Assembly (NCBI GenBank): GCA_013349495.1
Contig: DUZK01000003.1
Span: 1-41,532, forward strand
Length of the DNA: 41,532 bases
Direction: 5' to 3'
From: Deltaproteobacteria bacterium
GTDB lineage: Bacteria; Desulfobacterota; Desulfobacteria; Desulfobacterales; SURF-15
Below the pieces are notes generated by a model that did not search any database, had not been told where the DNA came from, and was given only the letters and a program-made list of their open reading frames with translations. Position numbers and translations under genes: made by a program. Below, piece by piece: positions 10,525-19,423 of the stretch; position 1 is the stretch's first letter; each line of letters starts with the position of its first letter.

Positions 10525-10583
10525 AAAACGGGGTCGCATCTTAAATATTAATTATTCAAAACAAACAGTTAATAATTAAGACC
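10525..10583. repeat. AT-rich hairpin with GGGTCGCATCTT end at the transposase breakpoint
   Basis: tcttaaatattaa ... ttaataattaaga inverted repeat (1 mismatch); a related gggacaaatctt hairpin lies at about 9795-9832. Confidence 0.5.
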
Positions 10584-10589
10584 CTATAT

Positions 10590-10756
10590 GGTTCTCGCCC
10601 GATGATTTCAGACCGCGCATCCGGATCATCCCTCACGTTTCCCTGTTCAACCCCTATGGTCGCCGATCTCGGATATGCATCACCCACGGCGATCGAAACC
10701 GACGGAACGATGAGGAGAGAAGTGATAAGGAAGATATATGGGATGTAGCGAATCAT
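10590..10756 (-). pseudogene. 3'-truncated secreted protein with the start of an SH3b-like domain
   Basis: Signal-like N-terminus, then QGNVRDDPDARSEIIG (NVRxxP pattern); runs into the hairpin. Confidence 0.5.
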
Positions 10757-10818
10757 CACTTTAAGGTGATTCACGGAAACACTTCATCGCAATCCGTTCC
10801 GCCTGCCCTCAAACCGTT

Positions 10819-11991
10819 TCAAAATGATTTGAGCAGGTTTAACCCTCCGCTTGCAAGGGGGGGCATACTCATCACATACGCCGTCGTGTTCACCGCCTGC
10901 TGTGCGGGTCGGGTGACATGAACCACGAGATGCATCCGGTCCGTTTGGAGGATCTCCGGAGCGATCGGGAAAAGAGCGCCCAGGCCCTTGATACCTGCCA
11001 CTGCATTTGAAAAACCCATCTGCTTCCAGATGCCGTCGTTTTCCTTGGGCACGGCAAAGGTGCCGAGGATGTCCCGGCCGCCTTCGCTCCATCCCCCTTC
11101 CTTGTGTTCGATCTGCTTTCCGCCGGACCACCGGGTGTATGTCCAGCTGACCGTCAGCGTCCATTCCCGATAGAGCTCGTATATTTCATAGAGTGTCGGT
11201 CCTGCTTTATTGCCGTTGTCGTCCATGAGATAGACGGTTTGAAAGGTGCCCTTGTCAGGGGAGTCGAGTATGGTGGTGCTGATATGAAGCCCCTTTTGGG
11301 TCATCTTCCCGCCCACCCTGATTTTCGTTCCGGTTGCCGGATCCGAGAAGGTGCGCTTCATACTATCAGAGCAAGGGTCTTTGGCCAGTTTCGGCGCTTT
11401 CTCCGCCTTGTCATCACCGCCGCGGCCGCCGAACACGCCTTTGGTAAGGCCGCTCAGAGCACCGCCAAGCATACCCGTTGCCTGCTCCGCAACCTTCTGC
11501 TTCCGGCGCGCGCCTGTTCCGACATCGGCATTCTTGCCGACCGAAACAGGCTGGGCCGCCTTCTCGATAACGGAAACCACGTCCTTATCAAGGGCACATA
11601 TACCGCCGTCAAGATCCATGGAAACAAGGGACAATGCCCCACTGTCGATCTGAAATGCCCCTGTTTCGCTCGGTACTGATTTTATAGGCGTCATCGACAA
11701 TTTAACCGGCCACTTATAAGTGATCGTATTCCCAGCTGCCTCTGTCACCTTGACGACCTCAGGTCTGACTATGAAGCCTTCAGGCAGGCTGAGCGTTGCA
11801 CGCCCTTCAGAATCGGTCCGGGTCTCTCCGATCGACTCCCCTTCCGCCGTCTCTATTTTGACGGTGGCGTCCGGCACGGACCGGCCGCTCTGCGTTACGA
11901 TCAGATTGCCGGTCACTGCAAACACCGGCGCAGAAAAAAGGACAAAAGATAGGGTGAAAGATGAAACAAGCGCAGAAGTCTTCATTTTCAT
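10819..11991 (-). CDS. Secreted hypothetical protein with N-terminal carboxypeptidase-regulatory/Ig-like domain
   Basis: AAGGAG RBS, signal peptide ending VFA, VPDATVKI..TRTDSEG motif. Confidence 0.7.
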   Translation of the reverse strand: MKMKTSALVSSFTLSFVLFSAPVFAVTGNLIVTQSGRSVPDATVKIETAEGESIGETRTDSEGRATLSLPEGFIVRPEVVKVTEAAGNTITYKWPVKLSMTPIKSVPSETGAFQIDSGALSLVSMDLDGGICALDKDVVSVIEKAAQPVSVGKNADVGTGARRKQKVAEQATGMLGGALSGLTKGVFGGRGGDDKAEKAPKLAKDPCSDSMKRTFSDPATGTKIRVGGKMTQKGLHISTTILDSPDKGTFQTVYLMDDNGNKAGPTLYEIYELYREWTLTVSWTYTRWSGGKQIEHKEGGWSEGGRDILGTFAVPKENDGIWKQMGFSNAVAGIKGLGALFPIAPEILQTDRMHLVVHVTRPAQQAVNTTAYVMSMPPLASGGLNLLKSF

Positions 11992-12013
11992 GTCTCTTCT
12001 CCTTTTGAAGTCT

Positions 12014-14269
12014 TTATCCCAGCTTGAGATTGAACCGCGATTCACGCTTAAAGCCGTTTTCGTGTTCCACAATGAGGCGGAGCGTCCAGGTCTTGGCGCC
12101 CTTGAAATGCTGCGGGGCAATGAGCGCAAGCTGTCCGCCTTTGACGGGTGCGGTAATATCATCCGAGACCTTGTTCCATTTTGTCGGATGGTTTCCCTTT
12201 CCCGCCGCTATCCAGGCCCGTTTAAAATGATCCGCCATGGCGCGGCCGGAAACCTCGATATGGAACTTCCCCTCCTTTTTTGTTCCGGCAACTTTAAAGA
12301 TTCGGGAAATCACATAGAAATTCGGGTCCGCACGGAAGGCAGCCTCGGCATCGAGAAGTCCGTAGCCCGTGAACTGGTCCCATCCCGGCACATCGATGTC
12401 TCTTGCCGAATGGAGGATCATTCTCGTTGCCTGCATGCCGGAAAGCTCCGGGCTCTTCGAGAGGATGAGCGATGCCACACCACTGACAAAGGGCGCGGAA
12501 AAGGATGTTCCGGTGACGCGGTAATAATCCTTGCCCCTGCCTACAAAGGCGGTGCCCGGTTTATAATCCTTCTTCTCGAATTTGAGAAGGTCCGTCCGCT
12601 TGGCGCGAAGCGAGAGGATATCGACGCCCGGAGCGGCGATGTCGATACCCGCTCCCCATCCGGAATAGCCAACCCTTTTATCGTCAGGTCCCGTGGCTGC
12701 GACCGTGACAACCCCCGGAAGCCCGGCAGGCGAATACTCATTTGTATTCATTCCCTCATTTCCCGCAGCGGCAACAACGACAACCCCTTTGCTCCTCGCA
12801 TAGCCAACTGCGAGGAGTTCCATGCGGTTGAGGCGCTTTCCGCCGATGCTGATATTGACGACGCGTGCCCCGTTGTTCACGGCATAAATGATGGCCTTGG
12901 CGATATCAAAAGCCCAGCCCCTGCCGTTCCACTCCATGGCCTTGATCGGCATAATCTTCGCCCATGGGTTCACTCCCGCAATGCCAATCTTGTTGTTTAT
13001 CAAAGCGGCAATGATGCCTGCAGTAATCGTTCCATGACCGTTGATATCTCCGATATCGTTGTTGTTATCGACAAAGTTCCACCCATGGACGTCATCCACA
13101 TAGCCGTTCTTGTCGTCGTCCTCGCCGTTGCCGGGGATTTCCTTCCCGTTTTTCCAGAGCGATTCGGAAATCTCGGGATGGGTGCGGTCAATGCCCGTGT
13201 CTATGACCGCAACGATGACAGGCTTTGCTTTGTTTGGCCAGAGCGATTTCTCCTGATCCTCATGGATGGGCCTGAAGCCGATGCGGTGGAGACCCCACTG
13301 GTCGAAATAACTCTGACCCCAGCTTCCACGGCTCTTGAACAGGGGATCATTCGGGAATGTTTCAGACTGCTGGATCTTGCGGGGGTCGTCTTCAATTATG
13401 AAAGGCTCTAAAGGCTTCGGTTCTTTGAAAAACTTATAGCGAAAAACCATGCCGCTGTCATCCGGTTCAATGCCGAGATCATCATCGTCAAAGGGGGATA
13501 ACCACTCAAAGACAAACATATCGGCTGTTGTTTCAGTTGCGGCTCCGGCCTTATCTTCTGAAGAAGTTCCCAATTTTTGCTTCTCGCGCCACCAGTCTAC
13601 TATCATCCATTCTAAGACCAATTCAATCTCTTTACTTTTTTCCAACTCAACCGGGCCTGAACCGCCATTGATAATAACGATCGGCTGAAGATACGGGACA
13701 ACACTCTCGATTTTTATATCTTCTTCCGTCTCTTCTTCTGTCTCTGTCGCATCCAATCCACTTGATTTCCGATGCTCTATCAAAAGATTGCCTATTCTTG
13801 CCCAATCTTTTTCATCTTCACCCGTAAGAAGATATATCGCTTTTGCCAATTCTGTTGCTCTATCCTCAGGGCGCTCTTCATGGAGAATGACCATGTGGCG
13901 CTTCGGGGTCGGCTTGAGCTGAACGGAGCCGCTTTGGATGAGATCTTCACCGGTGACTGTGACAGCCTTGTGACCCTCTGCATCAATAACGTATTCAGAT
14001 TTCGGGTTGATCAGGTGACCGCCCTTTACGACATCGATAGACTCGTCTTCCGGGGCGTCTTTGTCCGGTATTTCAATCGTTGTCGTCTCTATGGGTTCTC
14101 CTTTTGTGTCAGTGGCCTTGATATCCCCTATGCTGACAGCCCGGCCTGATGAGGTGTATGCGGCAAAAATGAAGCATACCATGAAGGTTACGGGCAGAAC
14201 TTTGAAAGCAGGAGAAGCGTTCCGTTTTAGGGTCTCCTGGGGGGAATGGATATGTTTGCGATGGATCAT
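12014..14269 (-). CDS. S8 family (subtilase) serine peptidase, secreted
   Basis: Catalytic triad motifs VAVIDTG, HGT, GTSFS; AAGN oxyanion; DDDKNGYVDD insert; GGAGG RBS. Confidence 0.93.
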   Translation of the reverse strand: MIHRKHIHSPQETLKRNASPAFKVLPVTFMVCFIFAAYTSSGRAVSIGDIKATDTKGEPIETTTIEIPDKDAPEDESIDVVKGGHLINPKSEYVIDAEGHKAVTVTGEDLIQSGSVQLKPTPKRHMVILHEERPEDRATELAKAIYLLTGEDEKDWARIGNLLIEHRKSSGLDATETEEETEEDIKIESVVPYLQPIVIINGGSGPVELEKSKEIELVLEWMIVDWWREKQKLGTSSEDKAGAATETTADMFVFEWLSPFDDDDLGIEPDDSGMVFRYKFFKEPKPLEPFIIEDDPRKIQQSETFPNDPLFKSRGSWGQSYFDQWGLHRIGFRPIHEDQEKSLWPNKAKPVIVAVIDTGIDRTHPEISESLWKNGKEIPGNGEDDDKNGYVDDVHGWNFVDNNNDIGDINGHGTITAGIIAALINNKIGIAGVNPWAKIMPIKAMEWNGRGWAFDIAKAIIYAVNNGARVVNISIGGKRLNRMELLAVGYARSKGVVVVAAAGNEGMNTNEYSPAGLPGVVTVAATGPDDKRVGYSGWGAGIDIAAPGVDILSLRAKRTDLLKFEKKDYKPGTAFVGRGKDYYRVTGTSFSAPFVSGVASLILSKSPELSGMQATRMILHSARDIDVPGWDQFTGYGLLDAEAAFRADPNFYVISRIFKVAGTKKEGKFHIEVSGRAMADHFKRAWIAAGKGNHPTKWNKVSDDITAPVKGGQLALIAPQHFKGAKTWTLRLIVEHENGFKRESRFNLKLG

Positions 14270-14766
14270 GGCAACCTCCTTTTTTGAATGATACAGAGGC
14301 TTTCTGATTTACGGCTGATCGGTCGATGAGAAAAGTTGCAGTAACTTCATGAAAATATAGACATTCCGGTCAACAAAAAGCAAGCCCTTTCTTCAATACC
14401 ATCCCATTGGCGATATCACGCGGAAGATCATATGATGTAAAATATCGAGATCGTATTATGCAATCGACCGGATCCCATCTGTTTCAACAACGACACGCGG
14501 GCGGCCGCCCATTGAAGAGATCCCCATCTCTTCGGTGGAGATGTTGCTTGGACCATACCCCGGCGCCGGAAAGAGGCCCATCCGCACGGTGATGATCGCA
14601 GACTCCGAATGACGCATGAAAATTGTGGTTGAAAGGTAATGGAATCTCTAATACATTTTTCTCCGGCAGGTTCTTTTCTCTTATCATTCCTGAAAGAAAG
14701 AATTATAATCGGATACCATTAACGCCATGCGTTGCGGGTTGAAAATGTTACGGCTTGGCATGCAGG

Positions 14767-14866
14767 GGTTCCGGTTCAAAACCGTCGATGGGCTGATCCG
14801 GAGTCGAAGGCACTCCGGGCCGCGATCCCTCGCAGGCGAAAACCGAAGCGGCACCGGTCCGGAACC
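14767..14866 (+). promoter_or_regulatory. Putative structured leader RNA, loosely resembling c-di-GMP-I/c-AMP-GMP (GEMM) aptamers
   Basis: Outer pair ggttccgg/ccggaacc, inner hairpins ccggagt/actccgg and gcga/tcgc; upstream of AAAGGAGGT RBS. Confidence 0.3.
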
Positions 14867-14913
14867 AAAAGGTACGGTCCGTTTCATTCAATTATACTTA
14901 AAGGAGGTCAGTC

Positions 14914-14955
14914 ATGGTTGAGACAAAACAAGGTTTCACGTTTTCGGTATGCTAA
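14914..14955 (+). pseudogene. Truncated prepilin-like N-terminus MVETKQGFT
   Basis: Strong RBS and ATG; KQGFT resembles a class III signal (K.GFTLIE) but is cut where the transposase resumes. Confidence 0.4.
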
Positions 14956-15202
14956 AAATTGGGCGCGGCTGATCCAAAAGATATATAATGTTGATCCCTT
15001 ATTATGCCCTAAGTGCCTGGGTTCAATGAAAATAATATCGATCATCGAGGATGGTAAGATTATTGAAAAGATACTGAGACACTTGGGCTTATGGGAAACC
15101 AGAAACCATGACCCGCCCGCTAAAATCGCCTCCCATATCCCTGATCTTACATATGACGATTCTTATTCTCAGCTTTCACCTACCAACTCTTGGCTCCAAT
15201 AA
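14942..15202 (+). pseudogene. IS91-family transposase C-terminal fragment (copy 1, right part)
   Basis: KNWARLIQKIYNVDPLLCPKC..MKIISII..KILRHLGLW..HDPP, homologous to the C-terminus of copy 2. Confidence 0.85.
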
Positions 15203-15407
15203 TCCTGGAATCATCCTTTAAGCATACCGGAAATTTGCGTCCAAATTTTTCAAAAAACAGGCTTTTTTGATAAGTCTTGTTCCATTGCCGCGCTTTATCC
15301 ATATCTTTAATGATCGGCAATGAATCTTCCAATTCACCCTCCACAACATCAAGTGGCCTATATCCGGTTGACACACAATCCTTCTTCTGACATATTCACA
15401 CTCGCAA

Positions 15408-15422
15408 AAAGCAACTTCTTAT
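15408..15422 (+). mobile_element. Putative oriIS terminus of IS91 copy 1
   Basis: AAAGCAACTTCTTAT, identical to the reverse complement of 20537-20551; about 200 nt downstream of the transposase end in both copies. Confidence 0.7.
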
Positions 15423-15503
15423 TATTCATAGATATTCACCTTGACTTAGTTTATCTCATGTATTAGCTTAGCTTCATTCTGCCGTGTAAAGAGAGGTCTT
15501 AAA

Positions 15504-15734
15504 ATGCAGGTAAATATCCATGAAGCAAAGACAAATCTTTCCCGCCTTCTCTCCCAGGTGCAGAAAGGTGAAGAGATTATTATTGCCAAGGCAGGGAAGC
15601 CAATCGCCCTCTTGACAAAATTTACAGCAGAAATACCCAAACGAATGCTGGGCAGGGATGCCGAACTGTTTGAAGTGCCGGACGACTTTGATGATCCATT
15701 GCCGGAAGATATTCTAAAAAGTTTTGAATCATGA
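15504..15734 (+). CDS. Phd/YefM family antitoxin
   Basis: VNIHEAKTNLSRLL..GEEIII.KAGKP. Confidence 0.92.
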   Translation: MQVNIHEAKTNLSRLLSQVQKGEEIIIAKAGKPIALLTKFTAEIPKRMLGRDAELFEVPDDFDDPLPEDILKSFES

Positions 15735-16129
15735 ACAGACTCCTTCTTGATACGAATGTCTGGCTCTGGAGCATAACCACTCCTCGTAAGCTCGGAAGAG
15801 AAGGGCTCAGACTGCTCGAAAATACCGCTAACGAGTTGTTCCTGTCAGCGGCAAGCTCGTGGGAAATCGCGATTAAGTACAGACTGGGCAGGCTTCCGTT
15901 GCCCGAACCCCCTCACAGATTTATTCCACCGCGATTGATTCGGGACGGAATAAAGCCGCTTGCCGTGGAACACCACCACGCATGCCACGTGGCAAATCTT
16001 CCGGATCTTCATCGAGATCCTTTTGATCGTCTCTTAATTGCACAGGCTCAGACCGAACATTTGGCTTTTATCACCGCAGACCAGAGGCTAAAGGATTATA
16101 AGGTGGAAATGATTCTCATTAATCATTAG
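15731..16129 (+). CDS. vapC: VapC PIN-domain toxin
   Basis: LLDTN, SSWEIAIK, HRDPFDRLLIAQA; ATGA overlap with antitoxin. Confidence 0.92.
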   Translation: MNRLLLDTNVWLWSITTPRKLGREGLRLLENTANELFLSAASSWEIAIKYRLGRLPLPEPPHRFIPPRLIRDGIKPLAVEHHHACHVANLPDLHRDPFDRLLIAQAQTEHLAFITADQRLKDYKVEMILINH

Positions 16130-16145
16130 GCTATCAGGAAAGGAA

Positions 16146-16790
16146 GTGGCTATGGTTTCTTTTGAAGCGATCACCAAGGCGGTTACCTCCGGGGACGGCA
16201 ACCTGGCATACGAGCTGACAAAGAGCGCGCTGGACGCTGATGTTTCTCCCAACGATATTCTGGATAAAGGCTTGATTCCCGGCCTGCAGGAGGTGGGCGA
16301 CCAGTTTGAAAGCGGCGATTTTTTTCTGCCCGAATTGATCGTGGCCGGCGATGCTGTTTCCAAAGCATTGGAGCTTTTGGATCCGATACTCGGTAAAGAA
16401 GGTGCGGCGACAAAGGGAAAGTTCTTGATCGGTACGGTCAAGGGAGACATCCACGACCTGGGGAAAAACATTGTTATCATGATGCTTAAGGGAAACGGGT
16501 GGAAAGTCACGGATTTGGGCGTGGACATATCTCCGGATGAGTTCTGCACGGCCGTGGCCGAAGGAGATTATGACGTCCTCGGCTTATCGTCTTTGTTGAC
16601 CATGACCATGCCGAATGCAGCCCAAACTATTGAAGCACTGAAGGCAAAGGGCCTCAGGGACAAGATCAAGGTGATGGTCGGCGGGGCCCCGACTAAGGCC
16701 GAATGGGCACAAAAAATCGGCGCAGACGCCCATGCAAAAGACGGCCCTTCCGCTGCAAGGGTGGCGGCAGAACTGATTGCAAACGCATAG
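16146..16790 (+). CDS. Methyltransferase cognate corrinoid (B12-binding) protein
   Basis: Cap domain (VGDQFE..FFLPEL), GDIHDLGKNIV, LSSL, VGGAP; start may be ATG 16152. Confidence 0.92.
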   Translation: MAMVSFEAITKAVTSGDGNLAYELTKSALDADVSPNDILDKGLIPGLQEVGDQFESGDFFLPELIVAGDAVSKALELLDPILGKEGAATKGKFLIGTVKGDIHDLGKNIVIMMLKGNGWKVTDLGVDISPDEFCTAVAEGDYDVLGLSSLLTMTMPNAAQTIEALKAKGLRDKIKVMVGGAPTKAEWAQKIGADAHAKDGPSAARVAAELIANA

Positions 16791-16806
16791 TCTAAAGGAG
16801 ATACCC

Positions 16807-17859
16807 ATGAAAAGCATGAACGGCCTTGAGCGCATAAAGACAGCCTTAAAGCTTCAGGAAGCCGACAGAGTCCCTCACTTTGAAAGAGTTGCAACATCCG
16901 TGAGAGAGGCGATCTTGCCCGGCGCTTCTGAAGAAGACTTTATTGAGCACATGGACCTGGACGGAATCCGGTTCGTGGATCGGACCCATTCCTGGGATTA
17001 TGAAATCTTTGATGAAAGCAAGCATATCAAAAAAGATCAGTGGGGCGGCCTGGTACGGTATACCACCGAAGATAATCCGGTTCCCATGGACCCGGCGATC
17101 AAGTCGGAAAAAGATTTGGATGCATACGTGCCTCCGGACCCGGATGCACCTCATCGATACGAATATCTTCAACGGCTGGTAAAGCGGTTTAAAGGGGAGC
17201 GGGCCATCATGGTCGGGTTGACCGACATTTTTGCTTTGGGCAGAGAAAATTTTTTGGGAGATATCGGCTATTTCAGGGCGATGGTGAAGAATCCGGATCT
17301 TATCGAACGGGTCAATGAGATCATTCTCGATTATCAGTTGCGTTATGCAAAGAACTGTATCGAGTTGGGAGCCGATGTCCTGTGGATCAACGGAGACTGG
17401 GCAATGACGGAAAAACCGATGGTTTCCCGGCAGTTTACGGAAAAATTTCTTGCTCCCCCTTTAAAGAAGCTTGTGGATTTTGCCCATGAGCGCGGCATCC
17501 CTTGTGTAAAGCACACGGACGGTAATATATGGCCCATATACGATGTGATTCTCGATACGGGAATCGACGGTTTGCATCCCATCGATCCCATGGCGGGAAT
17601 GGATATCGGCGAAGCCAAGGAGAAGTTTGGAGATCGGGTTTGTTTGTGCGGCAATGTGAGTTGTGCTTTTAGTCTGGTCTCAGGGACTGTGGAAGAAGTA
17701 AAACAGGAGACAAAAGAAGTCATCCGGAAAGCCGGTAAAGGCGGGGGGTTCATTTGTATGTCGAGCAACTCCATCCATTCCGGGGTTAACCCCAAAAACT
17801 ATGTGGCCATGGTCGAAGCGATCCGGGAATATGGTTCGTATCCGTTGGCGCTGGATTAG
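16807..17859 (+). CDS. URO-D/MtaA-CmuA family protein (probable corrinoid methyltransferase)
   Basis: ERIKTAL..DRVP, DQWG, HTDGN, LCGNV, GGGFI.SSNSI; AAAGGAG RBS. Confidence 0.85.
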   Translation: MKSMNGLERIKTALKLQEADRVPHFERVATSVREAILPGASEEDFIEHMDLDGIRFVDRTHSWDYEIFDESKHIKKDQWGGLVRYTTEDNPVPMDPAIKSEKDLDAYVPPDPDAPHRYEYLQRLVKRFKGERAIMVGLTDIFALGRENFLGDIGYFRAMVKNPDLIERVNEIILDYQLRYAKNCIELGADVLWINGDWAMTEKPMVSRQFTEKFLAPPLKKLVDFAHERGIPCVKHTDGNIWPIYDVILDTGIDGLHPIDPMAGMDIGEAKEKFGDRVCLCGNVSCAFSLVSGTVEEVKQETKEVIRKAGKGGGFICMSSNSIHSGVNPKNYVAMVEAIREYGSYPLALD

Positions 17860-17883
17860 AAATAAGGCGGTGGGGCAGAAACC

Positions 17884-18372
17884 TTACAGTTGAAGCACGA
17901 ACTTCTGTTCCAGAACCTTTGTGCCCCACTGGGTTCCCTCATGCTGTTCGGAAAGTCTAAACCCGAATTTCTTATAAAGATGGCGGGCGGCATGAAGCCC
18001 GTCGAAGGTCCACAGATATACCTGTCTGTATCCGCATCTTTTACAGAAATCGACGGCTTTCTCCATCAGTTTACTTCCGTAACCGGACCCCCGTACCGCA
18101 GAAGATAGGATGAACCATCTAAGATGCGCACCTTCGGATCCGGCTTTGGCCCCGTCAATAGCCAGGGCGCCTTCAACCCGGCTTTCTTTGCAGATGGTCC
18201 AGAATCCATCCCGATTTTTATCAAGGCTGCTTAAAAATTCAGACATTTCGGTCGCCACCTTTGCTTCGAAATAAAGACCGAATCCCCAGTGCTCGCTGTA
18301 ATAACGCCCATGAAGTTCGGCAATCCTCCCGATGGCCCCTGGCACATAACCTTTTGCGATAACCTGGGTCAT
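17884..18372 (-). CDS. GNAT N-acetyltransferase
   Basis: LRWFIL..RGSGYGSKL, LWTF..AARHLY..FGF. Confidence 0.9.
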   Translation of the reverse strand: MTQVIAKGYVPGAIGRIAELHGRYYSEHWGFGLYFEAKVATEMSEFLSSLDKNRDGFWTICKESRVEGALAIDGAKAGSEGAHLRWFILSSAVRGSGYGSKLMEKAVDFCKRCGYRQVYLWTFDGLHAARHLYKKFGFRLSEQHEGTQWGTKVLEQKFVLQL

Positions 18373-18383
18373 AACCGCCTCAA

Positions 18384-18977
18384 TTATTCAGCAATCGTCA
18401 GTCCGAATTCATCATACAGTTCATCGGATGTTGATACACGGAGGAGCGGATACAGCGGATTGCGCCGATAACTGTTTAACGTTTGCCGGTGAATATCTTC
18501 GGTAAATGCAGCGCAGCAGTCCTCCAGCATGACTACCTTGAAATCATGGCATACGGCATCCATCACGGTGGTGATGACACAAAAATGGGTGGCGATTCCT
18601 GCAACGGCACAAAGTGTAATCTCCCTTTCATGAAGCCAGTTTTCAAGACCGGTCTGAAAGAAGGCAGAAAACCGTGGCTTGGGCAACCAATAGTCCTGTT
18701 CCTGAAAATCGAGTTCGTCGATGACCTCGGCACCGGTCGTTCCGGCAATGGCGTGGGGATTCATCCTGCCTTTGAAGATGAAATCGTCTTCATGGTATGC
18801 ATCATTGGAAAACACGATGGGCCATCCTTTGGCTCTAAACCCCCCGATGAGTCGATTGATCGGTTCGACGATTTTCTTTGCATGGGGTGTTATGGGATAA
18901 TTATGGCTCTCTTTAAATACGTCTTTAAGCATATCTATAATCAGCAACGCCGGTTTTTCCAACTGAGGATTCTGCAT
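18384..18977 (-). CDS. Isochorismatase-family cysteine hydrolase
   Basis: LLIIDM, KPRFSAF, GIATHFCV (D/K/C triad). Confidence 0.9.
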   Translation of the reverse strand: MQNPQLEKPALLIIDMLKDVFKESHNYPITPHAKKIVEPINRLIGGFRAKGWPIVFSNDAYHEDDFIFKGRMNPHAIAGTTGAEVIDELDFQEQDYWLPKPRFSAFFQTGLENWLHEREITLCAVAGIATHFCVITTVMDAVCHDFKVVMLEDCCAAFTEDIHRQTLNSYRRNPLYPLLRVSTSDELYDEFGLTIAE

Positions 18978-19000
18978 ACCTTCAAATCTCCATATCAAGT

Positions 19001-19068
19001 TAAATAGGACTCAGACCCGCCTGCCGTTCCTGAAGAAATAAGATGGCGGGCAGGTTTACGCAGATAAA
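19001..19068 (+). repeat. Intergenic repeat with 39-nt hairpin insert, copy A
   Basis: 19012-19057 is identical over 46 nt to 23380-23425. Confidence 0.85.
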
Positions 19069-19423
19069 CACACATAACACAAGACATGGATCACCTCCAG
19101 GGGGGTTGGAATGATCCTGTGAAACCCTCGAATCCTTGACTCCTTGGATCTTTGAACCATAAGTTTACCCTACCTTGAACCGTCTCGTCAGTCAAAACCT
19201 GTTTTTGGGGTAAATGGAAACATCAACAGCGTAATGATTCTCTTCATGGAACGACCAATAAAATTAAAGTGAATGAATACTTCAATACTTTGACTTTCCA
19301 TAAAAAGTGGTTACTGAAATTATATGTATCGTTTTGAATGCTCCTTGCACCTCAACTCTCTTTTGGTGAAGGGGCAAACATCGTGCAGATGCCGATGATT
19401 CTTAACATCATACAGGTGAGAAA

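Noticed and set aside
11720-13411. 563-aa plus-strand ORF
   Set aside because: Antisense shadow of the S8 peptidase and its partner; no recognisable motifs or RBS.
14732-14941. N-terminal half of the 156-aa ORF
   Set aside because: Open frame across the structured leader; transposase similarity begins only near 14942.
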